This document shows, piece after piece, positions 1 through 13,219 of a DNA stretch of 64,000 nucleotides; the stretch's first letter is position 1; each line of letters opens with the position of its first letter. The notes beneath the pieces were generated by a model, which was not told where the DNA came from, ran no database searches, and was given only the letters and a program-made list of their open reading frames with translations. The position numbers and the translations under genes are program-made. Origin of the DNA: Eukaryota sp. GEM-RC1 (taxonomy: Eukaryota); contig JAUFOQ010000005.1 in NCBI GenBank assembly GCA_040285855.1, positions 1,984,001 through 2,048,000 of the forward strand. The letters are read 5' to 3'.

Positions 1-3000
1 AGCTTCGTGCTCAGTCATTTCTCAAGATTTAGTGCGTCACTGTGAGATGACAACTACTGACAGTTGTATTGAATACATCTCAGCGAACAACATTCGCGCA
101 ACATCCTTAGGTAGTGCATTAGGTGTTCTGACGTTCAACGTTGATAGTCTAGCTAACCAGATTCATATTAAGCATACTCTCCCAGTAGTACCTGGTACCA
201 AAATACTCCCTGATAGGCAGAGACTTACAAGAAGAACTGGGATTACCAACGGATGATGGTTTAGTCATTAGATTAGACGAGGAGCATCGCACTATTCTCA
301 GTGCAGAGAGTGTATTCGATGGTAGAATGAAATCACCATGCGAATCAATCAGTAGTGTTCAATCAAATTCCTCAACAATAAATTTAAATATTGATTTGTG
401 CGGCAACACTCAAACTAACATCAGTTTATTTGAAGAGATCGTTGACAACTCTGGTTGTACGATAGAATTGGATGACCCTAATAGAAGAAAGGAGCTTCTG
501 AGCCTACTCAGTAAATACAAACAAGTGTTCTCTGAGGAGATACATCCAGATGGTATCGATTGTCCACCGATGACCATCCCTTTTTATGATGAAACTGTCA
601 CTGTATTTCGTCCTCCTAGAAGGCTTAACCCTGAAAAACAGCGTATAGCCGAAGAAATTTTTAATGAACTTATACGACAAGGATGGGCTGTACCATCGAC
701 GACTGGTAAGTTCAGTAGTCCCATTGTGCTTGTTGTCTACAACGACCACAAAAGAGGCCTCGTTTGACTGGTGACATCAGTGGACCAGACGGGATTAACG
801 CTAATACCAGACCAGTGAAACCAAACTTACCACGGATCTGTGATGTTCTAGAGTTCCTTTCGAAAGCAAATTTCATTGGAACACTTGACCTTCCTAAAGC
901 ATTCTGGCAGCTAAAGGTAGCTGAGAAAGATGTCGAGAAGACCAGTGTATCTATACCTGGAATGTCAATTAGCTTCAAACGAGCATGTTTTGGTTTGAAA
1001 AACGTACCAGCAATTTTCCAAAACATCATGATGGAAATATTCGATGTGGAAGGTGTATTCATTTATATAGACGATATAATTGTAGTAGGTGACACTTTCG
1101 AACAGTTTATTTCAAGAATAAATCTAGTACTGGAACGAGCAGAACGTTTTAGAGTACGGATTGGATTACGGAAGTGTAGGTTCACCACTTGAAAACATCC
1201 TAATAAGATTCTGGGCAGCAATTTATGCAAAAAAACCCGTAGCATTGATGAGAACAGAGTTTCGGCTTTGATTGAGCTTCCAGCTCCCTCAACATTACCC
1301 GAGGTAAGAAGTTTACTTGGTGCATTAAATTATGTTCGTGAATGGATTGCGAATTATTCAAATTTGACTGCCCCAATCAATGAACTCAATCGTGGAAAAC
1401 CCAAGAAAATCCTTTGGACGAAAGACCATGATGCTTTACTTACACAATTAAAGTCTGAGATAAAAGATCACATGGAACTTGATTTACCTGATACTGATAA
1501 GAATATTATCATATCAACTGATGCATCCAACATTGCGGTTGGTGGTGTGATCTGGCAGGAAGAAAATCCCCCAGCTCCTCCAGGTACTCCGTTAGAAGAA
1601 CGTAGAGTCAGACATGTGTCTTTTTGTAGCCGTTTACTCAATGATAGTCAACAGAATTGGGCAACTATCCAGAAAGAGTTGTATGCCATTCTCTTGATTC
1701 TGACCGAATCTAGTTTAGAAGGTTTCCTGTTAAGTAGGCACTTGACGATCTTTACTGATTATAGGAACCTTGCCTATCTCATATCAGCTCCAGAGAAGAA
1801 TCGCATTGTGAAACGATAATTTCCCATTTTATCTGAGTTTGATTTTGAGATTGTGCATGTAGCTGGTACAAACAATCACTGTGCTGACATTTTGTCACGT
1901 GTCATTGACCGACGTCCAGTTGAATCAATCAAATCTTTGATGATCTCAAATCTGTCCATCAAAAATGATATAACCCTTTCTCACGAAGGCTTACGCTATG
2001 ATGATGCAAATTATTTTGAGATGCTCCCACGTAACACCAACGTGCTAGCTATCAAGTGTCTTCGTGACCTCTCATCCGACAATAAAATCCCTTTATTTGA
2101 TTCTTGGCTATCAACCATCAGGTTGGAACAACGTAAAGCGATAGAACAAGGAGATCATCTGTTCACTGACGCGACTTTGTGTACAACGAGCAACGTTTAC
2201 ATAAACTCTAAGAACAAGATATTGATTCCATCCAGTTTGGTAAAGAAGGTTCTTTACATGCTGCATGGATTAGTCCAGTCAGGACATCCAAATAAGAAAC
2301 AAAGTTTGGACACACTGTGCAATAGTGGTTACTTTTGGCCAAGTATGAAAGCTGACATGAAGAAACATGTTGAGCAATGCCCCTCGTGTCAGAAAACGGC
2401 ACCTGTTCCCAAAAAGATTATTGAATCGACGTATTCCTTATGGGCTGATAGACCTTTTGCTAGACTCAACGTCGACACAATTGGTCCACTTCCAAAAGAT
2501 CAGAGTGGAAACCAATACCTCTTGGTGTTTGTAGATTCTTTCACCAGATACACCATTCTGAGCCCTCTCGAAGAACTCAACAGTAAAGAAGTAGCATATT
2601 GTCTTGTGTGGGATGTAATTGCTATCTTCGGAATACCGTTGTGTATCCATAGTGATAATGGTACAGAGTTTGCCAATGCTATTTTCGAGGCAGTTTGTAA
2701 CCTACTGGCGATTGAAGTAAGTCGTTCGATTCCTCATTTCTCGCAGAGTAATGGGCTGGTGGAACGACGTCACAGAGACGTTCTGCAGAGCCTACGTCGT
2801 CTCCTTGTGGACTTCAATGATTACGACAATTGGTCAACGTACATTCCAACTGTACAGTTGCAAATCAACGCAACAAAGAGCTCTGTTACTGGCCATACTC
2901 CCTACGAACTGATGTTTGGTAGCGATTTAAGTCCTGGTGCAGATCCTAGTGGTTTACTAGATGCTGTTGAGAAATCAACAAAGAATGTTCCGTTTATTGA

Positions 3001-3620
3001 GGACATTAAAATGAAACTAGATCGACTAACAAAAAAGAGAGAAGAGGCAGAGGTTCGCCAATCAAATCTCAAGCTTAAGAAGAAACGTGAATCTAGTCAA
3101 TCATTTAAGATTGGTGATCTTGTGTTGAAAGTCGCCAAAACTAGTAAACTCCATGGTAATTACACTGGACCATTTCTAGTAGTATCAGTTGATCCGAAAT
3201 CATCTGTATCTCTAAAGAATCTGATCACTGGTCACGTTGGCAAGACCAGCATCCATCAATGTAAGATCTTTCAATCAGATCTACCTGTTGATCACGATCT
3301 CCACAGAGCAATTGCTTCAGGGGATTCTGAAGAACACATCGTTGTAAGGATCCTTGACAAGTTCAATACTCCTGATGGTGAACACTGTACGGTCCTCTGG
3401 TTTGGTGGTGACACTTCATCAGTTCCCACCAAGGACATCAAGAACACCAAGGCCTACAGTGATTTTTTGTAAATTAGAAAATGTAGATTTATTTCATAGT
3501 AGTAACAAGAAGCCTAAGCTCAAACGCACCTCGAGTAGTAAGAGTAATCCTAAGTCACCCTCTAACGTAAAGACACCTGTGGCTAAGAGAACAAGGAGCT
3601 CGAAAGAGGAGAAGAGGTAG
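1..3620 (+). mobile_element. pol: Degenerate Ty3/Gypsy LTR retrotransposon pol (protease tail-RT-RNaseH-integrase-chromodomain-like), cut by window start
   Basis: ORF pieces 32-256, 327-767, 764-1192, 1268-1819 and 1853-3472 are collinear with and highly similar to the intact pol at 16856-20872 (YIDD, TDAS, HHCC, SDNG, VERRH). In-frame stops at 1190 (TGA) and 1817 (TAA) plus frameshifts. Confidence 0.95.
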
Positions 3621-3710
3621 TGTTAGCCAAAGGTAATTGTATAGTATCAAGTAGGAAAATTTTTCACTTTATAAACACCTTTATCTTACCTCTTTCACCA
3701 ACAGGTATCA
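3621..3710 (+). repeat. 3' LTR (90 bp, TG...CA) of the degenerate Gypsy copy
   Basis: Starts TGTTAGCC immediately after the polypurine tract AAAGAGGAGAAGAGG-TAG and ends GGTATCA. Homologous to the LTRs at 14163, 20873 and 7356. Confidence 0.85.
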
Positions 3711-4760
3711 AATTAATAGAGTCCATATTGAGAGAATTACTAAACTCGTTTTTATCGTTTAACCGGAATAAATTTTGTACAGAATATCAAGACTGTGACA
3801 AATCAGCCTTTCTTTACAATCTTCAAATCTATGCCCCCCCCCGCTTCTACTACCCCTAATGTGCCAATAGCCGATGTCAGAAAACGTATCTGTTTAACAC
3901 CTTCACTGCTCAGCCTGCAATAATCTCATCTCGGAAGAATAGTCCGTACAAATGCACATTCTTGAAATGTAACATGGATATTTGGGACGTATTTCCCTTT
4001 CGCAGTATTTGCGATAAACAGTGGTCTGTGAAGATGATTGATAAAAAATTTCTGTTCATTGTACATTCTCATTTCCTCAAATGAAGTAGTTTTTGGTGAG
4101 TTTCTACTATGTTTTTATAAATTTGTTAATTGGCTTCAATTACAATGCAATTGCAATTATTGATTGGAACTTCTTTTGATGACTAATTAATTGCCAATTC
4201 AATTGTGCACGCCCCTGCCGATATGAGACATAAAAATACCTTATACCTACTAGTACATCAATACCTCGAATTTACATATTCACAGCTATGACTCCAACCA
4301 ACTATCCCCAGTGTTATGAATTTTCGAGAAGATGTTAAATACGCGCATTGTGAAGCATTCCAATAATTTTGGATCGTCTGACGGTCACTTTTTTACATGT
4401 GATGGACGAAGAATAAATGGCACTGAGATAAATTCCCACAAAATAAAGGGTATAATGGTAGGACTTCATCTATTGAACCAGCAGCCTTAAACTGGTTTTT
4501 CGGTTGTACATCCATAATGTACTAACTAACCCCAGTTAAATTGTGTACTAGTATGTGTAAGAAACAACGGACGTGGGTTTTTGTATCAATGCAGGTTTGA
4601 CTTACAATTTTTGATGTACTAATTTAAGTTCTGGTTCAATGTTTTAGTAACTGTAATATAAAAGTATACAAAGAAGTTGAAAGCGTGATGATTGCATTCT
4701 TCGTACCATTTTGATTCTAATCCTTCCATTTCCACTTTCTGATGGAAAAAAGTCTATAAT

Positions 4761-6002
4761 TTGGCCACACCTCACCCTGAATCTTTGAAAAGCAATCGTT
4801 CACCGCCTTCCAGTGTCTCCTATGTGATGTCAAACTGTGACGAACTGTCGGTATCGTCTTCGTCCACATATTCTATTTCTATACGTGTCCATGTTCAGCA
4901 GATTTTGTTGATTCTTATCCATCTTCACTTGATGAGACGTCTTCTCAACCGTACTTTGGAAAATAATCATCATCGAACTAATCCTCAACTCACTGCTTTG
5001 AAAACAGCATTACCTGCATTCTTTGGACAAGCTGGCTATGTAAGTAATCACTTCCTTGATTCTTCATTCCAAGCAGTTCAAGTGTTTTTTCAAATACACA
5101 CCTTTCATGCTGATCTTAAACACGTTCCCAAACTACTTTCTCTTGCTTCTTTCTTTGGAGCAGATTTACCATCGGTGTTCTTGCACGTTTACAGTACATT
5201 AGAAATTGAGAAATTTCTTAATTATTCTGGTATAATTACAGGATTGAGAATCGAACTAAGGGAACCCTTTGATTTAGAGTTTCTAAACAATACTTGTTCT
5301 TTATTTCCACGTCTTAAACAACTAGAAGTAGAAGTGAAGGATCACACCTCTGTTTCTATGTCATTGATTGAAGCGTTGAAAACCAATACTACAATTACCA
5401 GTATTAATTTGAGTTTCAACTCTATTGGAGATGAAGGTGCCAGAGCTTTGGCAGAGGCGTTAAAAGTTAATCATTCAGTTCCAAGTGTTGATCTGATGAA
5501 CAACTCTATTGGAGATGAAGGTGCCAGAGCTTTGGCAGAGGCGTTGAAAGTTAATGATTCAGTGACAAGTATTGATCTGGAGTACAACTCTATTGGAGCT
5601 GAAGGTGCAAGAGCTTTGGCAAGTGCATTGAAAGTTAATGCTTCAGTTACAAGTATTAATCTAGGTCGAAACTGTATTGGAGATGAATGTGTAAGAGCTT
5701 TGGCAGATGCATTGAAAGTTAATTCTTCACTTACAAGTGTTATTTTAGGTGGAGATTCTACTGGATCTGAAGGTGCAAGAGCTTTGGCAGAGGCATTGAA
5801 CGTTAATTCTTCAGTTACAAGTGTTAATCTGGATGGAAACTCTATTGGAGATGAAGGTGTCAGAGCTTTGGCAGATGCATTGATAGTTAATACCAAAGTT
5901 GATTTACAGTATTCGACTCAAGTCCTTTCTGATAGTAGTTCAGATGATGCTATTGGTTATGAGTATAGTGATGCAACATGTACGGATTCAAATGATGAAT
6001 AA
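4761..6002 (+). CDS. LRR family copy 1: conserved N-terminal domain + 6 RNI-like 28-aa LRRs + acidic tail
   Basis: Open 413-codon frame with repeats ALAEALKVNxSVTSVxLxxNSIGDEGAR. The family ATG position reads TTG here, so the real start may be the internal Met near 4828. Confidence 0.85.
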   Translation: MATPHPESLKSNRSPPSSVSYVMSNCDELSVSSSSTYSISIRVHVQQILLILIHLHLMRRLLNRTLENNHHRTNPQLTALKTALPAFFGQAGYVSNHFLDSSFQAVQVFFQIHTFHADLKHVPKLLSLASFFGADLPSVFLHVYSTLEIEKFLNYSGIITGLRIELREPFDLEFLNNTCSLFPRLKQLEVEVKDHTSVSMSLIEALKTNTTITSINLSFNSIGDEGARALAEALKVNHSVPSVDLMNNSIGDEGARALAEALKVNDSVTSIDLEYNSIGAEGARALASALKVNASVTSINLGRNCIGDECVRALADALKVNSSLTSVILGGDSTGSEGARALAEALNVNSSVTSVNLDGNSIGDEGVRALADALIVNTKVDLQYSTQVLSDSSSDDAIGYEYSDATCTDSNDE

Positions 6003-6026
6003 AGACATAGTTTGTTTTCTAGTTCT

Positions 6027-7057
6027 TTAGACTTTAGAGTGATATTTATCAACTTCATCTCCAATAGAGTTATAACGCAGATTAACGCTTGTAACTGAAG
6101 TATAAACTATTAACGCCTGTGCCAAAGCTCTGGCACCTTCATCTCCAATAGAGTTATAACCCAGATTAACGCTTGTAACTGAAGTATTAACTTTCAACGC
6201 CTCTGCCAAAGCTTCAGCACCTTCATCACCAATAGAGTTGAGCCTCAGATCAACACCGGTTACTGATGAATTAACTTTCAACGCCTCTGCCAAAGCTCTG
6301 GCACCGTCATCTCTAAGAAAGTTGTTACACAGATTAACACTTGTAACAGAAGAATTAACTAATAACGCCTCTGCCAAAGCTCTAGCACCTTCAGCTCCAA
6401 TAGCGCTGTCCAACAGATCAATACTTGTAATTGTAGTATTGGTTTTCAACGCTTCAATCAATAAAATAGAAACAGAGGTGCGTTGTAACACTGATACTTC
6501 TAGTTGCTTAAGACGTGGAAATAAAGAAGACGAATTGTTTAGAAACTCTAAATCAGAGGGTTCACTTAGTTCAATTCTCAATCCTGTAATTAGACCAGAA
6601 TAATTAAGAAATTTCTCAATTTCTAAGGTTCCGTAAGTGTACAAGAAAACAGATTGTAGATCTGCTCCAAAGAAAGATGCAAGTGAAATTAGTTTGGGAA
6701 GGTGTTCAAGATCAGTATGAAAGGTGTGAACTTCAAAATACATTTGAACTGCTTGGAAGGAAGAATCAAGGAAGTGATTACTTACATGACCAACTTGTCC
6801 AAAGAATGCAGGTAGAACCGTTTTAAGAACAGTGAGATGGTGCTGAGGTTGATCATGAATATTATTAAGAGTCCGCTTGAGAAAACGTCTCAGCAAGTTA
6901 AGATGAATCAGAATCACCAAGGTCTGCTGAACATGGACTGGTTTAGAGGGAGAATCTGTGGTTGAAGACAATGTAGACAGTGCGTCACAGTTAGACTTCA
7001 CAGAGGAGACACTGAAAGGGGAACTCTTTGCAAAGGTTCAGAGGGAGGTGTGGCCAT
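6027..7057 (-). pseudogene. LRR family copy 2: 4 full + 1 partial LRR, frameshift after the ATG, 3'-truncated
   Basis: ATG at 7057 (CATCAATG context) is out of frame with ORF 6027-7001. The last repeat breaks off into VDKYHSKV* and there is no acidic tail. Confidence 0.8.
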
Positions 7058-7355
7058 TGATGGGTCAAAAAATGAGGGCATGCTTTTGGTTCATTCTTTC
7101 AAACTTACGGATGTCCATAATCCCCAACATGGTTTTCAAACCAAGAACCACCCGAACTCTCCAGTCACTAGAAGAACAATATTGTCAATGAATCCTTCTG
7201 GAAACCCCCAGTAAGTTACATAGTACGAGCATTTACTGAGTACGAGTGATATCTTGGTGTAATACGTAAGGATATTCAACTTGCTCTTGTGGAGCTAATG
7301 ATGTTTTTTGTTAATTTACACCCTTTACATTTAGGGTTGTAATTTGAGTCGAGTC

Positions 7356-7442
7356 TGATACCTAAGTATGGGAAAGGGAATAAAAGGTGTTTATGTTATG
7401 AAATTATACTACTTCATACTATACAATTACCTTTGGCTAACA
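7356..7442 (-). mobile_element. Solo LTR (87 bp) of the Gypsy family with 4-bp TSD AGTC
   Basis: Reverse complement reads TGTTAGCCAAAGGTAATTGTATAG...GGTATCA, closest to the 3621 LTR. AGTC at 7352-7355 and 7443-7446. Confidence 0.9.
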
Positions 7443-7554
7443 AGTCAAACTCACAAGTTTGGAGTCGAGTCGATTCTAAAATTTCTGACTCGTGTGTTGT
7501 ATAAGTTGTGTCACTTTGAAATTGCAAATGACATTTGGTAATCTATTTTCTATA

Positions 7555-9154
7555 TTTTTTTTTAAACGGGGTTTATGATCAGTCAGTGAAATAAATGCAT
7601 TTGCAGAAGTTAATAACTAACAGACACTAACTAAAGTATCCAAACTATGATCCTTCTGTCCATCACCGAACAACTTACCTAAAATTGAATTAAAATATCT
7701 GTGCATTGAACGAAACAACGCAAACGTTAGCCTACTCAACCAAAAATTTTCATTGAAAACTTTACCATACTCAGAACACAATTTACCAAAGGAAGTTAAA
7801 AAACCTTGTGCAGCTGGTCCAATATTACCGTATATCGACATCGCAAAAGGTTGAAACACAAAAGAATTGTACCTGTCAACATTCAATTGGTTAATTAAGT
7901 GACAGTACTTTGTATTTTTCCTTTTCAGCCACTTCAAGAGCAGAAAAATCATCAAAAATTTTGGAAATTGATCTTGAATTACAAGGATCAACAGTCGTGA
8001 AATCCATGATAATTTTCTGACAAGATAACCAAGGACCAATCAAATCACCCCGACTTCTATCAACTTTTGGCTGATCAGAAAGATTAGCAAGTAAAGGTTC
8101 AATTTTTCCATGAAAAGAAAAGCATTAGCCTTAAACATATCCAAACATGTATCCTGGATACTGTTGTGAATAATTGATCGAAAATGAATAAATTGATGAC
8201 AGTTAACTAAATGATGAAAATTTGAAGCCTTTGAACGACCACAAAGACATGAAGAATGCTTCAAAAGACCTGAAGGCCATAAACCTAACCTAAGTCTCAT
8301 GTTTATAAGCCATTCATGATCCTTAAGATTAAAACAAAATTTTCGTGGCAAACGAGAAACAAAAGAAGACGCAGCGCTTGAAAAATATCATTCAAAAAAG
8401 CACCAAAAGCGGAACTCTTAGCGTTAGCCAAGCTAATACGGTTTTTAAAGTCCAAGCTTTCGTGAAACAAAACAAACTTCTTCTGTAACTTGCGAACACA
8501 CAAAGGCAAAGAGAAAATGCTTCTCTGCTGAATTTCTTTGTTACCCCAACAGGAAATAAAACTGACCACAAATTGGAGTCAAGACTAAGACTATCAATTA
8601 AATTATTAAATTTTGAAGACTAATTAACCATGCACAAGGTGAGTGAAGTAATAAATCTTTCGTTTTCCATAACACAGGATAACGATTCTGAAATTCAAAC
8701 AAAAAAATTCTTTAAAGACCCCAAAAAGGCACCCTCACGCATGTACTTAGCTTTCGTGAAACCAATACCACCACAAGAAGTAGAAGTGAAACAATGAGAA
8801 GGAAGTGAAGAGTCTTTGTTACCAACCAGATAACTAACAAAATTTGTGCGCAATGAATCAAAATTGCGAGATAATTCGAGAGTTAGTTCAGGCGGTAAAC
8901 CACGTAAAAAGTGATTAATTTTACCACCAAAACACACTTGCAGCATAGCAAAAGAAACTTGTTTGCCTACATCTAGATCAACGATTTGGTTAAGCTGCTG
9001 AAAGATACAATTATTCTTATGTGATAAAGTCTCCTTAATTTTGTCATCATTACCAATGGATTTGCCCAAGAACTTGACACATTCATCTGAATAATTGACA
9101 AACGGAATGGAAGAATCCCCAAAATTCAAATCAACTGAAAGAAGAAAAATTTTT
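7555..9154 (-). mobile_element. 5'-truncated CRE-like non-LTR retrotransposon (RT end, zinc finger, restriction-like endonuclease), poly(A) tail, TSD
   Basis: Frameshifted ORFs 8695-9174, 8303-8569, 8040-8351 and 7617-8039 carry KFLGKSIG (RT end), CLCG...HHLVNC, HNSIQD and PFAMSIYGNIG. T9 run at 7555-7563; TTTTCTATA(TTTT) at 7546 and 9155 as probable TSD. Confidence 0.85.
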
Positions 9155-11007
9155 TTTTCTATATTTTGTTCCACAGTTTATTTGGATTAAACAAAATTTT
9201 TAGAATCAAATAATTGTGTTTGGCGGATCTCAATTTCTGTGACCTTTATGACATTATTCGACTTGCTTATTGTTCTTTTCTATAGCAAAAACCTCTTTAG
9301 GCAAATACAGGTGACATACAAAGGTGCTCCAAATTAATTCACAATAAACATCACATGTTCAACTGTGAAAAATAAAGTGTGCTGCAAATTTGCGGTTTGG
9401 TTACGACCTCAAGAATTCCACTCAAATTTAGGGAATAATTCATGGATTTGAGGGAATAATTCATGGATTTTATCATTTTGTCATAAACTTGTTACAGTGA
9501 ATGTCAGCAACTCCTTTCATGAATTCAACAAACTTCTGATCACCCATTTGTTACTTCTAAAACATGTAACACAAGAGTGACACAATTAAAGAAACACTGG
9601 TAACGGAACTCTTGCAAGTAACAAATGACACGTAAATGAATGAAGTTCTCTCCATCTTTCACTGTGCGGAACGTTTAGTCATTTTCGGACAAACATGTCA
9701 CAGTTCCTTTGAGGGAATTACTTCCTTTTTTTCGTTGATCCTTTTTGTTTCAATTCTACACTAGCACACAGCAATCTATGGCTACTGTCTTCAATTCTGT
9801 CAAGAAAGAAGTGAAGTGCCAAAGGGATGAATGAAAAACATGAATTCATCTTGGTCATTGATTCATGATAGAGATCTAATTTCTTCCTTAAAGTGGTTTA
9901 AAGAGATGAACAAATTTCGCCTAAAATTTTCTTAGCGGAAGTTGAGTTACAAGAGTAACTGTGATAAAGTCCATAAATACTTTTTGAGAGGACAATCTTT
10001 CTCGGCCGTATGTTTCACAATTGAATAGCTAACACCAGTAACGGTACATGAATGTGTAGAAAATGAAGTGAGTTTGTGTAGTAGTGTTGGTTTAGCTTTC
10101 ATTTTTCTGTTGTTCTTGTTTATGTTCCCAGTAGATGCTTCAGTGATTGTGATTTTTCAGTTAACCAGTCAACAAAGAAGCTGGAAGTGATGGAATGATA
10201 AAAGGATTCACAAACTATTGATTCTGATCCTGGTCCAATCAACTGAAGAAGTGGAAGTGCATGAAGTGTGATTGTCGTGTGTTTGTTACTTCTTAGACTG
10301 AGACGGAAGATTCCAATATGAAAAAATTGAAAAATTAAAGGAGAATCAATGTTCATTTATCTTCACTAAATGTACGGTCAGAATATAGTTTTAGATTTCA
10401 AAGTACAGTATAACTTACGACCAGCCAAGATAGGAGAAAACAATACGGACGTATTTTCTAACCCATTCCTGATTTTAATTTTGAATATTTTTCAAAAATA
10501 GTTCACCAATTATAATCCATAAACGGACAGCTCAAGACAAATGTAAATTATTTTAAAATATATTCCGTCTTTTGCTAACAAGAATTCGTTGTTCATTGTA
10601 AGAAATTGCATGTGTTATTATCATTTCACAAACTTACTGTGAACACTGTGTCATGATGGAGATTCACTCTCAACCAAGAATTCAACACTGAATGCTGAAT
10701 AAATTGATGTTAAAGGCATGTTGAAATGGTAGATTACATAGATATTCAATGATGTGACACGTCATCAGAAAGGACAGTCCATTACAAAGAAGTCGGTCAA
10801 TGACATGCACCAGCATGTATTTTGAACACAGCAACACGTCATTTTAATGACAAGTATCAGGATGTCTGCGAGAATGATTCATGATAGAAGCAATAGATTC
10901 ACTGCCAATACTACTCTTCTAGTGACTGGAGAGTCCGGATGGTCCTTGGTTGAACTGCTCATTTGTTCAAGTAGGTCAGAATGTAGAATGTACTTCTTCG
11001 CACATCA

Positions 11008-12504
11008 ATGACCACACCTCGCCCTGACCCTTTGTTGAAAAGGAGTCGTTCATCCCCTTCCAGTATCTGCTCTGTGATGTCTCACGGTGACGAACTGTCT
11101 GTATTGCCTTCAATCACACATCCTCCCTCTAAACGTGTCCAAGTTCAGCAGTCTTTGTTGGTTCTTATTCATCTTAACTTTCTGAGGCGTGTTCTCAAGC
11201 GTACTTTCGAAGATAATCATGGCCAAACTAAGCCTCAACTCAATGATTTGAGAAGAGTTTTACCTACATTCTTTGGACAAGTTGGTTATGTAAGCAATCA
11301 CTTCCTTGATTCGTCGTTCCAAGCAATTAAAGTGTATTTCGAAGTACACACCTTTCATGCTAATCTTCATGACATTCCCAAACTAACTTCACTTGCTTCT
11401 TTCGTTGGAGCAGATCTACAATCTGTTTTCTTGTACACTTACGGAAGCTTAAAAATTGAGAAATTTCTTAACTATTCTTGTATAATTACAGGATTGAGAA
11501 TCGAACTAAGGGAACCCTCTGATTTAGAATTTCTAAACAAATCTTCTTCTTTATTTACACGTCTTAAGCAACTAGAAGTAAAAGTGTTTCAACGCATTTC
11601 TGTATCTATGTTATTGATTGAAGCGTTGAAAACCAATACTACAGTTACAAGTGTTGATCTGGAGGGAATCTCTATTGGAGCTGAAGCTACCAGCGCTTTA
11701 GCAGAGGTGTTGAAAGTTAATACTTCAGTTACAAGTGTTTATCTATGTGGAAACTTTCTTAACAATGAATGTATTAGAGCTTTGGCAGAAGGGTTGAAGG
11801 TTAATGATTCAGTCACAACTGTATATCTGCGTGGAAACTCTATTGGAGCTGAAGGTGCAAGAGCTTTAGCAGAGGCGTTAAAAGTTAATGCTTCAGTTAC
11901 CAGTGTTGATCTAGGTGGAAACTCTGTCAGAGATGAAGGTGTCAGAGCTTTGGCAGAGGCGTTAAAAGTTAATGATTCAGTTACCAGTGTTGATCTAGGT
12001 GGAAACTCTATTAAAGATGATGGTGTCAGAGCTTTGGCAGAGGCTTTGAAAGTTAATTCTTCAGTAACAAGTGTTGATCTGAGGTTCAACTCTATTAGAG
12101 ATGAAGGTGTCAGAGCTTTGGCAGAGGCGTTAAAAGTTAATGTTTCAGTTACCAGTGTTGGTCTAGGTGGAAACTCTATTGGAGATGAAGGTGCCAGAGC
12201 TTTGGCAGAGGCGTTGCAAGTTAATTCTTCAATTACAAGTCTTGATCTGGGTCACAACTCTGTTCAAGCTGAAGGTGCTAGAGCTTTGGCAGAGGCGTTA
12301 AAAGTTAATGTTTCAGTTACCAGTGTTGATCTACGCGGAAACTCTATTAGAGATGAAGGTGCCACAGCTTTGGAAGATGCCTTGAAAGTTAATACCAAAG
12401 TTGATTTACAGTATTCACATCAAGCCCTATATGATAGTAGTTCAGATGATGCTATTGGTTATGATTATAGTGATGCAACTTATTCTGATTCAGATGATGA
12501 TTAG
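11008..12504 (+). CDS. LRR family copy 3 (intact, 9 LRRs, acidic tail)
   Basis: ATG-to-stop ORF of 498 aa with the full family architecture. Confidence 0.92.
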   Translation: MTTPRPDPLLKRSRSSPSSICSVMSHGDELSVLPSITHPPSKRVQVQQSLLVLIHLNFLRRVLKRTFEDNHGQTKPQLNDLRRVLPTFFGQVGYVSNHFLDSSFQAIKVYFEVHTFHANLHDIPKLTSLASFVGADLQSVFLYTYGSLKIEKFLNYSCIITGLRIELREPSDLEFLNKSSSLFTRLKQLEVKVFQRISVSMLLIEALKTNTTVTSVDLEGISIGAEATSALAEVLKVNTSVTSVYLCGNFLNNECIRALAEGLKVNDSVTTVYLRGNSIGAEGARALAEALKVNASVTSVDLGGNSVRDEGVRALAEALKVNDSVTSVDLGGNSIKDDGVRALAEALKVNSSVTSVDLRFNSIRDEGVRALAEALKVNVSVTSVGLGGNSIGDEGARALAEALQVNSSITSLDLGHNSVQAEGARALAEALKVNVSVTSVDLRGNSIRDEGATALEDALKVNTKVDLQYSHQALYDSSSDDAIGYDYSDATYSDSDDD

Positions 12505-13219
12505 AGACCTAGTTTTCTAGTTCTGGACGATGTTAGACTTTAGAGAGAAACTTATGAGAACAAGAAACCCGTACTATATCATGAATAAATAATCGTAAAA
12601 AAGTATAATAACGCAAATTAACTAAATGATAGAAAACACATTTTACACCCACGTGAGTATGTTGAATCTTTGAATACATTTACAATTCATATTACCAATC
12701 GAAGTTAAGGTGTGTTAAATTTGTATAGAAATGACTAAACCAACTGAACTAGGAATGTTAATTAGTTCAGATTATACAATTTAATCACAAGTGCAATCAA
12801 TCAAATGATTGGCCCAAATGATTTCTTCGATGGATATCACAATACTCTCAATCTGATTTCCTAACAGTATACTATTGTTTGAAAGGCTTACCCAAACGGA
12901 GAGTTATTTGAACCAATTTCATAAGAATATAAAATATATGCTTTGAGACTCAGTATTAGTTCCTGAAACTGTGAAAAGGATGATCAGAGAGTTCATTGTG
13001 TCATTTAGCTTGATATATGAAACAACGATATTAAAATAAATTTTTGCTCACTCAATGACCTCGCTCTTTGAGTTTGCATTTGTCTATTGAAGCATGAAAA
13101 TTAAATATGCGCCTACGTTTGGGTTTGCTCGACAATTCTGAATGTGTGGTAGCCATCGTCGTACTGCAACGTTTAGACGTGAACAAATCCATAAATTAAT
13201 GTTTAGGTGTTAGAGATTG

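Noticed and set aside
9550..10356. Possible decayed gene on the minus strand
   Set aside because: Multiple stops in all frames and no recognisable motif.
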